From NCBI GenBank assembly GCA_963695225.1, contig OY968762.1, positions 1,568,001 through 1,632,000 on the forward strand: 64,000 nt of DNA. The letters run 5' to 3'. Origin of the DNA: Vulcanimicrobiota bacterium. GTDB taxonomy: Bacteria > Vulcanimicrobiota > Vulcanimicrobiia > Vulcanimicrobiales > Vulcanimicrobiaceae. Under the pieces are notes generated by a model, which did no database searches, was not told the origin of the DNA, and saw nothing but the letters and a program-made list of their open reading frames with translations. A program made the position numbers and the translations under genes. Positions 55,264-64,000 of this stretch are shown piece by piece. Within the stretch, counting starts at the first letter, position 1. Every line of letters starts with the position of its first letter.

Positions 55264-55830
55264 ATGCTCGCACGCGCGCCATGGCCCGAACACTCGGTCG
55301 TCTCCCGGCCGTGGACCGGCGCGGAACGGCGCGCCGTCTGGAACGGCTTCCTCGGACGCTCGCTGATCGCGATCGAGCCGGTGATCGTGGGCTCCGTCTT
55401 TCTCGCGCTCGTCGTGGGGCTCGTGCGCGTCAACCGCGAGGACGCACCGGCGATCGTGCTCGCACCGATTTTCGCACTCGGCTTCATCGCGTTCGGGATA
55501 TACGCCGTGACCCTGATGGTCGAGCCGAGCCGCGCGCTGTTGAGCACGTTCGATCCTCTCCTGATCGTGGACGGTTACGTCCGCTACCGCGGGAGTCCCG
55601 GCGAGCCGAGCGAGCCGAATCTCAACGGCTACGTCGCGGTGCTCGCCGCCGACGGCGCGCTCGTTCGAGAGTGGCCTTCGTACGGCACTTCGCCCTTGCC
55701 GCAGCGAACCGTCCCCGCGCACATCGAGTTCAGCCGTTACGGCGGCGTCTTGCGCATCGACGGGCGCACCACGGGCGCGTTGCCCGCGGCGCTTCCTGCG
55801 CTCGGGATCGGCGCGACGCGCGCCGGATAG
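55264..55830 (+). CDS. Hypothetical membrane protein
   Basis: Two TM segments followed by a soluble domain; fills the gap. Confidence 0.65.
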   Translation: MLARAPWPEHSVVSRPWTGAERRAVWNGFLGRSLIAIEPVIVGSVFLALVVGLVRVNREDAPAIVLAPIFALGFIAFGIYAVTLMVEPSRALLSTFDPLLIVDGYVRYRGSPGEPSEPNLNGYVAVLAADGALVREWPSYGTSPLPQRTVPAHIEFSRYGGVLRIDGRTTGALPAALPALGIGATRAG

Positions 55831-55947
55831 CACGAACCGCAGAACCGAAGCGCCGTGCGCGAATGTAGATACTAACAAGCAAGTCCGCCCTCGGCAACGC
55901 ATTTACGGGAACGAGCGGATGTCCGCAGCGCAACGGGGCGGGGCACT

Positions 55948-56520
55948 ATGCGCGGCATGAGCGTCGCGCCGCCGCGCGGCGACGAGAGCGGGTTTTCGCT
56001 GATCGAAGCGCTCGTCGCCGTAGGGATCCTCACCGTTGCCGTGCTGTGCGCGATGGGCGCCGTGACCGTTGCGGTCCGCGCTGCGGCGAACGGTGCGCCG
56101 CGCGCGGCGCTTACGGCAACGGCTCAAAACGTGCTCGCCGACCTGCGAGCGGCGAGTGCCTACGATTCGTCCGAGTTGGCCGAGCTCGTTGCCGCAGGTT
56201 CGCGCCGGCTGAACATCGAGGCGTCGCAAACCGAAGGCCCGGCAACGGCTCAGACCGTCACCGTCGCGGTCGCGCCGAACGCTTCCGGTGCCGGGTACAC
56301 CGCAACCGTGACGGTCGACGATGCTTCCGGCAATACCGTCACGCTGCGCTCGACGCTCGTGCAGGAGGCGCCCGCGCCGGGCAGCGTCATCCCCCTCTCG
56401 TCGCCGCCTCCCGCCGAAGCGCCGCCGCGCACGAACGGCCCGGCTCCGGGCGGCTGCGATCCAAGCGCGGCGACGTGTTCGCCGTGCCTGCTCGGGCGCG
56501 GATGCCGCGCGGGACCGTGA
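55948..56520 (+). CDS. Prepilin-type minor pilin (PilV/GspI-like) with Cys-rich tail
   Basis: G-FSLIEALVAVGIL class III signal peptide. Confidence 0.85.
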   Translation: MRGMSVAPPRGDESGFSLIEALVAVGILTVAVLCAMGAVTVAVRAAANGAPRAALTATAQNVLADLRAASAYDSSELAELVAAGSRRLNIEASQTEGPATAQTVTVAVAPNASGAGYTATVTVDDASGNTVTLRSTLVQEAPAPGSVIPLSSPPPAEAPPRTNGPAPGGCDPSAATCSPCLLGRGCRAGP

Positions 56521-56523
56521 ACG

Positions 56524-57726
56524 ATGCGACGAGCGAACGAGCGAGGATTCTCGCTGATCGAGGTGACGATCGCAGCCGCCGTCTTCGCGATCGTGATGGG
56601 GATCGCGTTCGCATCGATCGCGCTGCTGGGCGCGGTCGCGCGCGCTGCTACGACTGCGCAGGCCGGCGCGGATGCTCTCGATCGCCAGGTTGAGTCCTTT
56701 CGTTCCGAAGCGGCAACCGCGTCGGCGATCTTCGTTCCGCCGTTCGATCTGCACGGCGCTCCGAACGCGGACGGCCACGAGGTCGACTTCTACTCGAAGG
56801 GGCAGGAAAACCGCGACGTCTTCTGGCGCTATGTGTTCGACGCTTCGAGTTCCACGCTTCGGCGCTACGATTACGACCCGCAGACGAATCCCGTCGGGGG
56901 CGTTCGCGATTCGCGCACCGGGGCGATCGACGCGACGGCGAGCTATCCCGAGATCCCGGAGATGAGCGCGTTCGGCGCGCGAACGATCGAGGCGAACCAA
57001 CTCGGCGATCCCGCGCTGAATCGCTATGCGGCGCTGTTCCCGCGCGCGCCGAACGGCGAGCCGGTCAGTTTGAACGATCCGGCCAACGGCCGCAACGTCG
57101 CGGGACTCGTCGGAGGGAACCGAATCGTCGAGATCGCGCTCTCGAATCGGAAAGCGGCGCGCGTCGTCCATCTTGCGGCCGGGACGATGCCTACCGGCTT
57201 TTACGTGGGCGGCAACATCAAGTACCACACGGTGCTGTATCGCGTCGATCAATCGCACCGCTTCTGGTTCGGTATCGCAGGAAAGAGCCACGTCTGGATC
57301 CGCGGCCGCGCGAGCATCACGTACGATGATTGGGCGACGGGCCCGCGCGTTTGGTGCGACTACGCGATCTACGGCGGCGACGGCGGCGACGGGCTCGACC
57401 CGAGCGACCCGCACGCGGATTATCGCGCGCTCGTGCACGATCGAACAGCTCAGCCGAAGGCGATCCTCGATCATTGCGCCGCGCACGCGCCGCTGCCGGA
57501 GCGAGTCGCGACCTATTCCGCCCCCGATCCTTATCGCACGCCGCCCGCGCTCGTCGATACGCCGCCGCCGTGTTGGACGAACCCCGCCACGGGAAATCGG
57601 TGCTGGCCGCCGGACGCGCCCGCGGATTGGGCCCCAAATCCGCGCCCGGCCGATACGCCGCCTCCGCAGTGGTGCGCCGCGCACGCTCGATCCGCCGCGT
57701 GTGCGCAGCCGGCTAAGACGTCGTGA
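56524..57726 (+). CDS. Prepilin-type minor pilin (PilW/GspJ-like), large
   Basis: G-FSLIEVTIAAAVF class III signal peptide. Confidence 0.85.
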   Translation: MRRANERGFSLIEVTIAAAVFAIVMGIAFASIALLGAVARAATTAQAGADALDRQVESFRSEAATASAIFVPPFDLHGAPNADGHEVDFYSKGQENRDVFWRYVFDASSSTLRRYDYDPQTNPVGGVRDSRTGAIDATASYPEIPEMSAFGARTIEANQLGDPALNRYAALFPRAPNGEPVSLNDPANGRNVAGLVGGNRIVEIALSNRKAARVVHLAAGTMPTGFYVGGNIKYHTVLYRVDQSHRFWFGIAGKSHVWIRGRASITYDDWATGPRVWCDYAIYGGDGGDGLDPSDPHADYRALVHDRTAQPKAILDHCAAHAPLPERVATYSAPDPYRTPPALVDTPPPCWTNPATGNRCWPPDAPADWAPNPRPADTPPPQWCAAHARSAACAQPAKTS

Positions 57727-58603
57727 AACGGAGTACCGCTCCATGCTGATGCACTCGATGGCCGTCGTGTTGCTCCTCACCACGTTCACGGCGACGATCC
57801 TCATGCAGTCGCTCGTCGCCTCAAAGATCGCGCTCCAAACGGCGGTGTCCCGGTATCTGGAAGCGGAAACGAGCGACGGCATCGCCGATCTCACGACGGG
57901 TATCCAGTACTACGTGAAGCATGCGGGAGCGGCCGGTCCCTGGCAAATCGCAAATGGCGAAAGCCGCTCGCCGCAGCGTTCGGCCTGCGGCGAAGCGCTT
58001 GCGACGGAGCAATGCCCGTACGTCTACGACGTCGCCGCGAGGATCACGGGTTCGAGCACCGGCTCGCACGGCGACGGCGGGACGGACGTTGCGTGGAACC
58101 TGCAGTCGTCGGTCGTCGACGAGCAGCGCGTCTCGGCCCAAGTAACGGTACGCCTCTACGCGCACGAGTCCCAGCGGATGCTCGGATCGCGAACGCGCTA
58201 TCTGACGTACCGCGTGTTCAACTCAGCCCCGTACGCAATCGTAAGCGGAGTCCGCGACGGAACCACCATCAACGGCCTCGCATCATCAGCGCAAGGCGAT
58301 ACGAGTGGAACTGTATCAGCTACCCTTGTGAGCGGCGCACAACATGGTGATGTCCTCCAGCCAAATGTGCTCTACCCTGAGAGATATCGCGATACAACGG
58401 TGAAAGTGCGGATTGAATGCGCGACCATGAATGATACTGCTCATTTGCAGTCCGCTCCCGGCAACGAAGGGACGCCTTGGGGAACTAGCTCGTCGGGTTT
58501 CGAACTGCCGTGCTCAGCTGGCATATTTGACAGTCTCGACAAGCTGTCGTCGCAGCGGTCATGGCAGAATGGCAACATGAATTCAACGGGCTGGTCCGAA
58601 TGA
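57701..58603 (+). CDS. PilX/GspK-like protein
   Basis: Basic leader, then hydrophobic MLMHSMAVVLLLTTFTATIL lacking Glu5. Follows the PilW-like gene. Start may be ATG 57743. Confidence 0.6.
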   Translation: MRSRLRRRETEYRSMLMHSMAVVLLLTTFTATILMQSLVASKIALQTAVSRYLEAETSDGIADLTTGIQYYVKHAGAAGPWQIANGESRSPQRSACGEALATEQCPYVYDVAARITGSSTGSHGDGGTDVAWNLQSSVVDEQRVSAQVTVRLYAHESQRMLGSRTRYLTYRVFNSAPYAIVSGVRDGTTINGLASSAQGDTSGTVSATLVSGAQHGDVLQPNVLYPERYRDTTVKVRIECATMNDTAHLQSAPGNEGTPWGTSSSGFELPCSAGIFDSLDKLSSQRSWQNGNMNSTGWSE

Positions 58604-59289
58604 TGCCCAGGATCGCTCTGTTTCGTGCCATCGGCTGGCTGCCGTGCGTTTTCCTCGTAGCCTGTGGCGGGGGATCCAGCGGGAACGGGGTTTCAGGACT
58701 CGCTATTCCACCGCATAATATTGTAGCCACAATGACAGATCGCATTGGAGACTCGATTCCAGGTCTCGGCACGCGTTGGGATATTTCGGGCGTGCAAACG
58801 ACACTGCTCGAAGGGCCGTTTCGAAACGAGTATGTGAAGCTTCAAGTCGCCGTCACCTTCACGCAGGATGTCTCCGCCGCGCTACCAAGTCCAGGCAGTG
58901 CGCTGGTCGGGTATCCTGGTCTTCTCGGCGTCGAGATCTTTCTCGATATCGACGGGAACAGCACGACCGGAACCAAGGCTTTTCAATGCTCATCGGTACT
59001 GAATCTACCCAGCATCGATGCAGCTGTCGACGCCGGTGGCGTCGAGGGTCGCCTCGCGGATGGCTCATACCCGATTGTCGACGCGAGCGGCATACCTCAA
59101 GACGAGGCAACCGTGATTGTCGCTGGAAAGACCGTCACTTATTCGATCGATCTTGCCGCCTGGGGATCGCCCGCTACCGGTGTCCCCAAAACGAGGGTAG
59201 CAGTGGCTGCCTATAACGGGAGTACCACCGGAAGTGCCGTGACAGATTGCGCGCCTGATTCGGGGACGATGTCGGTTTCCGGAACGTGA
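58600..59289 (+). CDS. Hypothetical lipoprotein (low GC)
   Basis: Lipobox LVAC-GGGSSG. Overlaps both neighbours by 4 nt. Contains DIDGNSTTG. Confidence 0.75.
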   Translation: MMPRIALFRAIGWLPCVFLVACGGGSSGNGVSGLAIPPHNIVATMTDRIGDSIPGLGTRWDISGVQTTLLEGPFRNEYVKLQVAVTFTQDVSAALPSPGSALVGYPGLLGVEIFLDIDGNSTTGTKAFQCSSVLNLPSIDAAVDAGGVEGRLADGSYPIVDASGIPQDEATVIVAGKTVTYSIDLAAWGSPATGVPKTRVAVAAYNGSTTGSAVTDCAPDSGTMSVSGT

Positions 59290-59912
59290 GCGTCGACGGC
59301 TCTCAGCCTCATCCCCTCATGCGGAGGCAGGTCGCGGCCCGAGCGACGCTGTCGCCAGCGCTTGCGAGAGTGCTGATAGCGCCCGACAGCCGTGGCTTCT
59401 CACTTATCGAAGTCGTGGTTGCCGTGGGGGTCGTTGCGATGCTCTCGCTCGCTCTTCTCGCGGGGATCTCGCGGCAGGACGGCGGCGTGCATGCCGGGGC
59501 GCTTGCGCTCCAGGCGATCGTGGGCGCGGCGCGGTCGCTTGCCGCTTCGACCGACGACGGAGCCGGGGCGAGCGGGGCGACGATTCAGGTCAAACGCGAG
59601 AACGCGCAAACCTCCGTCTCGATCTACCGCTACCGGCCGACCTCGACGCGTCCAACTCCACCCGAGCGCGAACCGGGCTTTCCGCAACTCACGACGCCGG
59701 TCGAGATCAGTTTCCGTGGCTCTACAACGTTCGCGATCTTCGTTTCAAGTTCGGGCCGGGCGACGGTTCAGCCAGACTTCGACGTCACGCAGGGGGGCAC
59801 GCTCGCATCGGAGCCGGCGTGCGCCGCAGGGGGCGAGACGATCGCGTTCCGGTCCGGCCGTGCCGAGGAATCCGGCCTCATCACCTGCGAGATGACCCAG
59901 CTCAAGCTCTGA
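59286..59912 (+). CDS. Prepilin-type minor pilin (FimT/GspH-like)
   Basis: G-FSLIEVVVAVGVV, AARSLA, C-terminal Cys pair. True start may be downstream. Confidence 0.8.
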   Translation: MSVDGSQPHPLMRRQVAARATLSPALARVLIAPDSRGFSLIEVVVAVGVVAMLSLALLAGISRQDGGVHAGALALQAIVGAARSLAASTDDGAGASGATIQVKRENAQTSVSIYRYRPTSTRPTPPEREPGFPQLTTPVEISFRGSTTFAIFVSSSGRATVQPDFDVTQGGTLASEPACAAGGETIAFRSGRAEESGLITCEMTQLKL

Positions 59913-60108
59913 TCCGCACCGGGCCGGCCGCGCCGAGCGGCTCCTTCACCGTCGTCGAGGAGGGCCAGCGGTGGTTTGCTCCGGAGGCGAAGATGACGAG
60001 GGCCATCATCACGATGATCATCGCCAGGCCCACGAATGACGAGATGATGACGACGGGCGGGATGCCGCTCGAGATCGGGACGCCGCGCGAGTCCTTCGGA
60101 TCGTACAT
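59902..60108 (-). CDS. Small single-TM protein at the end of the oxidase operon
   Basis: 68 aa, one long hydrophobic segment, starts 3 nt after the preceding stop. Confidence 0.6.
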   Translation of the reverse strand: MYDPKDSRGVPISSGIPPVVIISSFVGLAMIIVMMALVIFASGANHRWPSSTTVKEPLGAAGPVRIRA

Positions 60109-60111
60109 GCG

Positions 60112-60312
60112 TTATCCGCCTCCCCCCAGCACGCCGGTCGCGGCCAGGATCACGAGAACGCAACCGAACGCCATCAAACCCAGCAACGCCTTCGTGACCG
60201 CGTTGTCGAGGCCGGTCGTCCGCCAATCGTTCTTGAGCTGGATGCTGGTCGTGACCATCACCACGATCGCGCCGATGAGGGCCACGCCACGCTCGAAAAC
60301 CGCAAGCGTCAT
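60112..60312 (-). CDS. Small two-TM protein, candidate oxidase subunit IV
   Basis: 66 aa, two hydrophobic helices, 11 nt downstream of subunit III. Confidence 0.62.
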   Translation of the reverse strand: MTLAVFERGVALIGAIVVMVTTSIQLKNDWRTTGLDNAVTKALLGLMAFGCVLVILAATGVLGGGG

Positions 60313-60323
60313 TCGCTACACCC

Positions 60324-60956
60324 CTACCATAGGTAGAACAGGAAGAAGAGCGCGACCCAGATCACGTCCACGAAATGCCAATAGAGCGTCCCCGCCGTCA
60401 GCCCGAAGTACTTCGAGAACGTGTAGACGCCGGCATTCGCCTGCGCCGCGAGCACGAGCAGGAAGATGACGCCGAGGAACACGTGGAAACCGTGGAGCCC
60501 CGTCAGCGTGAAGAACGATGCGCCGAGCGTGCTGCCGGACCACGTGATCGCGGCGTTCGCGTACTCGTAGCCTTGCCCCATCAAGAACGCGATCCCGAGT
60601 ACGATCGTCGCCGCCAGCCACCGGTTGAACGCGTCCTTCTTCATGTGCTTCCAGCTCTCGAGCGCGAAGTGCATCGTTGCGCCGGAACCGAATAGTACGA
60701 CCGAATTCACCGCCGCGAACGCGGTATCGAAGCGTGGAAGCTGGTGCCCTTCCGAGTTGATCGGCGGCCAATTTGGGACGGATCCGCGCAGGTACACGTA
60801 AGCGAAGATGAACATCGAGAACAGCACGACGTCGCTCAGAAGAAAGAACACGAACCCGAGCAGCCGGATGTCCCGAGTCTGCGCGTAGGCGTGATCCACG
60901 TCGTTGTAGCGGGCGACGACCGCATCGGGCGAATCGAGCAAGACGACTGCCGCCAC
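60324..60956 (-). CDS. ctaE: Cytochrome c oxidase subunit III (short form)
   Basis: FFTLTGLHGFHV and YWHFVDVIW motifs. Confidence 0.95.
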   Translation of the reverse strand: MAAVVLLDSPDAVVARYNDVDHAYAQTRDIRLLGFVFFLLSDVVLFSMFIFAYVYLRGSVPNWPPINSEGHQLPRFDTAFAAVNSVVLFGSGATMHFALESWKHMKKDAFNRWLAATIVLGIAFLMGQGYEYANAAITWSGSTLGASFFTLTGLHGFHVFLGVIFLLVLAAQANAGVYTFSKYFGLTAGTLYWHFVDVIWVALFFLFYLW

Positions 60957-60957
60957 G

Positions 60958-62655
60958 TCAGGACCTCAGCAGCTCGGGCATCGGGACCGGCATTTGGTTG
61001 GGAGGCGGATCTTCGAGCCCCAGATACGGCAGCGGTTCGTTGAAGTTGTACGGCGTCTTGAGGACGGCCGGGATCGTCCTGAAGTTGTAGTACGGCGGCG
61101 GCGAGCTGATCATCCATTCGAGCGTCCGCGCGCCCCAGGGGTTGTTCCCGGCAACCCTCCCCTTCCGCAGGCTCCACCACATGTTATAGAACAGGAACAG
61201 CGTCGAGATCGCCATCAGGAACGAGAAGCACGATGCCACGACGTTCCAGAATTGGAACTGCGGATCATAGACGGCGACGCGGCGCGGCATCCCCATGAGC
61301 CCGAGCCAGTGCATCGGCAAGAACGTCCCGTTGAAACCGATGAACACGGTCCAGAAATGCCACCTTCCCAGCTTCTCGCTCAGCATGCGCCCCGTCATCT
61401 TCGGCCACCAATAATACAGGCCGGCGAAGATTCCGAAGACGCTCCCGCCGAAAAGCACGTAATGGAAGTGCGCGACGACGAAATACGTCCCGTGCTCGTG
61501 CAGATCGGTCGGCACCGAAGCCAAGAAGACGCCCGTGATCCCGCCGAACGTGAACGTCGCGAGGAACCCGACCGCGAAGAGCATCGCCGTCGTGAACCAC
61601 AGCCTTCCGCCCCAAATCGTGGCAAGCCAGGAAAATATCTTCACGCCCGTCGGGATTGCGACGAGCATCGTAAGGATCATGAACGGGAGCTGCAGCCACG
61701 GGGCTACGCCGCTCGTGAACATGTGGTGCACCCACACCATGAATCCGACGACCGCGATCGCGAGCGAGGAGAACGCGATCATCTTGTAGCCGAAGATCGG
61801 CTTGCGCGCAAAAGTCGGCAGGATCTCCGAGATGATCCCGAACGCGGGTAGGATCATAATGTAAACCGCAGGGTGCGAATAAAACCAGAACATGTGCTGC
61901 CAGAGCAGCGGGCTGCCGCCCCGCGCCGGATCGTAGAACGGCACGCCGAACACGCGCTCGAGGAAGAGCGCGAGCAGCGCGCCGGAGAGCGCGACCGTCG
62001 CGACCATGTTCATCGCCGCCGTAGCGAACGTAGCCCACACGAACAGCGGCATGCGGGTCCAGGTCATCCCAGGTGCGCGCATCTTGACGATCGTGACCAT
62101 GAAGTTCATCCCGGTCATCGTCGAACTGATCCCGATCAGGAAGATCGCGATGCACCAGAGCGTCGTGCCGGGCGGGCCCTGCAGCGAGACGGGCGGATAC
62201 TCCGTCCAGCCCGCATCGGGAGCGCCGATCAGGAACGACGAGAACAGTATGACTCCGGCAGGCGGGAAGAGCCAGAAGCTGGCCATGTTCAACCAAGGGA
62301 AGGCCACGTCACGCGCGCCGATCATCAGCGGCATCACGAAGTTTCCGAAGCCGCCCGTCACGATCGGGATGATGACGAGCCACACCATCGCCGATCCGTG
62401 CACGCTGTAGACGCCGTTGTACGCCTGCCCGCTCAGCAGCCGGCCGTCCGGGTTGAGCAGCTGCAAGCGAATGACTTCGGCGAGCAAACCGGAGATCACG
62501 AAGAACAGGAGGCCCGTGATCATGTACTGCAGCCCGATGATCTTGTGATCGATCGTGAAGATGTACTTGCGAATGAAGCCTTCCGGCTCAGGGTGGATGT
62601 GGTCTTCGCTTCCGTGCGGCCGCGGGTTGAACCGGTCGAGAGTCGTGACAGACAA
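60958..62655 (-). CDS. ctaD: Cytochrome c oxidase subunit I, A2-type
   Basis: DHKIIG, WFYSHPAVY, WVHHMF, VAHFHYV, MPRR motifs. Confidence 0.98.
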   Translation of the reverse strand: MSVTTLDRFNPRPHGSEDHIHPEPEGFIRKYIFTIDHKIIGLQYMITGLLFFVISGLLAEVIRLQLLNPDGRLLSGQAYNGVYSVHGSAMVWLVIIPIVTGGFGNFVMPLMIGARDVAFPWLNMASFWLFPPAGVILFSSFLIGAPDAGWTEYPPVSLQGPPGTTLWCIAIFLIGISSTMTGMNFMVTIVKMRAPGMTWTRMPLFVWATFATAAMNMVATVALSGALLALFLERVFGVPFYDPARGGSPLLWQHMFWFYSHPAVYIMILPAFGIISEILPTFARKPIFGYKMIAFSSLAIAVVGFMVWVHHMFTSGVAPWLQLPFMILTMLVAIPTGVKIFSWLATIWGGRLWFTTAMLFAVGFLATFTFGGITGVFLASVPTDLHEHGTYFVVAHFHYVLFGGSVFGIFAGLYYWWPKMTGRMLSEKLGRWHFWTVFIGFNGTFLPMHWLGLMGMPRRVAVYDPQFQFWNVVASCFSFLMAISTLFLFYNMWWSLRKGRVAGNNPWGARTLEWMISSPPPYYNFRTIPAVLKTPYNFNEPLPYLGLEDPPPNQMPVPMPELLRS

Positions 62656-62668
62656 GCGGGTCTCTCCG

Positions 62669-63778
62669 TTACTTTGCAGCTGTGCTGAGCAGGAAGGCGG
62701 TCAGGTTCGCGATGTCGAGGTTCGAGATCGCGTTCGCTTGCGCGTTGGGCATGATGCCCGCCGGGCCGTTGTACCCGTATCTGAGGATCTGCGCGATGTT
62801 GGCGGGCGACGGGATCGTGCCGTCGACGAGCATCGGATGCGCCCGATCGTGCGTCAGGTTGCCGAGCCCGGGGCCGACGATCTTCTGTTCGAACGCTCCG
62901 AGCGAGTGGCACGCCGCGCACTTCTGCCCGAAGAGCGCGCGGCCCGAATCGATGTTGCCTTGGGCGAAGGGTATCGCGCCGCCGCCCGCCGCCCCGAGGC
63001 CGGCCGCATGCTGCTGGACGGCCAGCCACCTCTGAAAATCTTGTTGCGAATCAACGTAGAGCGTATCGAACATCCGCCCGTGGTTGACGCCGCAAAACTC
63101 CGTGCAGATGATACGGTACTTGCCGATGCGCTCGGGCGTGAAACGGAGCGTTTGCACGAGCCCCGGCACCATATCCGCCTTCAAGCGGATCTCCGGAACC
63201 CAGAACGAGTGGATCACGTCGACGGACGTTACGTGGAGCGTCACCGGCGTGCCGGCCGGGACGTGCATTTCGTGATAGACGGATACTTTGAGGTTCGGAT
63301 AGCGGAATTCGTAATTGAATTGGTGGCCGATGGCCTCCATCGTCAGGACGTCACCGAGTTGGTTCTGAAGCTGCCCCCAGACCCGCACGCTGAGGACCGC
63401 GAGCACGAGTATGATGATGGTCGGGATGACCGTCCACCAGAGCTCGAGTTGTACGTTGTCGTGGACCTGAACGCCGATCGAGGTCAGCGGCTCGTCCCTG
63501 CGCCTCCGGAACGCGATCGCGAAGTAGACGAGATAGCCCCAAACGTAGATCGTGATCGCGGAGCCGAAGATCGCCATGAACTTGAAGAGCCAATCGATAT
63601 CGGCCGCCGGCTTCGCCGCCTCCGGCAGATACCGTTCGATCGGAAATGCGCCGATCGCGAACGCAAGGGCAACGTTGAAGGCCGTGATGCCGATCGTTAC
63701 CGGCCAAAAGCCGGGTCCCAGACTCTGCTTCTCCTGGGGATCGACGACTTGGCCCATACTACTTTCCGTGTTCTCCAT
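62669..63778 (-). CDS. ctaC: Cytochrome c oxidase subunit II with fused C-terminal cytochrome c (caa3-type)
   Basis: DVIHSFW, CTEFCGVNHGRM (CuA), CAACH heme-c motif, IMP axial Met. Confidence 0.96.
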   Translation of the reverse strand: MENTESSMGQVVDPQEKQSLGPGFWPVTIGITAFNVALAFAIGAFPIERYLPEAAKPAADIDWLFKFMAIFGSAITIYVWGYLVYFAIAFRRRRDEPLTSIGVQVHDNVQLELWWTVIPTIIILVLAVLSVRVWGQLQNQLGDVLTMEAIGHQFNYEFRYPNLKVSVYHEMHVPAGTPVTLHVTSVDVIHSFWVPEIRLKADMVPGLVQTLRFTPERIGKYRIICTEFCGVNHGRMFDTLYVDSQQDFQRWLAVQQHAAGLGAAGGGAIPFAQGNIDSGRALFGQKCAACHSLGAFEQKIVGPGLGNLTHDRAHPMLVDGTIPSPANIAQILRYGYNGPAGIMPNAQANAISNLDIANLTAFLLSTAAK

Positions 63779-64000
63779 TCCGAATGCGGAACTTTAGGAA
63801 AACCTCATTCGGCACGGGCGTCGCACTTCCGTCACGTAGTTTGATGCTGCGCGCGTACTGCAACTCACGCTGTAGGAGTCTCCTCCCGCCAAATGGAGCG
63901 CGCAATCCAAAAACATTAAGAACTTGAGGTTGCGCGAGCGCTCGCTTCCACCGTATACTGTAGTCAACGGAGTTAGCGATCGAACGCAGGGCAAGGGAAG

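Noticed and set aside
55903..57894. 663-aa minus-strand ORF
   Set aside because: Antisense shadow of the prepilin genes
63780..64000. FNR/CRP-type site upstream of the cox operon (TTGAT at 63841)
   Set aside because: Only a half-site; no matching ATCAA

Overview
High-GC bacterial chromosomal window with no rRNA, tRNA, CRISPR array or transposase that I could recognise. The gene style (large carboxypeptidase-regulatory-domain TonB receptors, YSHP-type caa3 oxidase, many leaderless starts) suggests a diderm Terrabacterium such as Vulcanimicrobiota/Ca. Eremiobacterota; this is inference only. Content in order: an exopolysaccharide cluster (1-10 kb); acnA, rnd and housekeeping genes; two paralogous Cys-rich TonB-dependent receptors next to ppk1; an osmoprotectant-type ABC transporter convergent with an egtD plus gamma-glutamyl hydrolase pair; a desaturase-like/glycosyltransferase pair; prfC and alr; and a cytochrome caa3 oxidase region (ctaA, ctaB, sco, subunits I-III) interrupted by a minor-pilin cassette. 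Most notable unexplained signals: (1) a twice-repeated, about 155-nt, covarying three-way-junction element with GGA loops; (2) a DosR/NarL-like GGGACT-N2-AGTCCC motif recurring in the EPS promoter regions; (3) Pho-box-like TTAA repeats upstream of both TonB receptors; (4) a low-GC segment spanning the PilX-like C-terminus and a lipoprotein; (5) an ORF broken by one in-frame TAG; (6) a possible non-canonical ergothioneine/betaine module.
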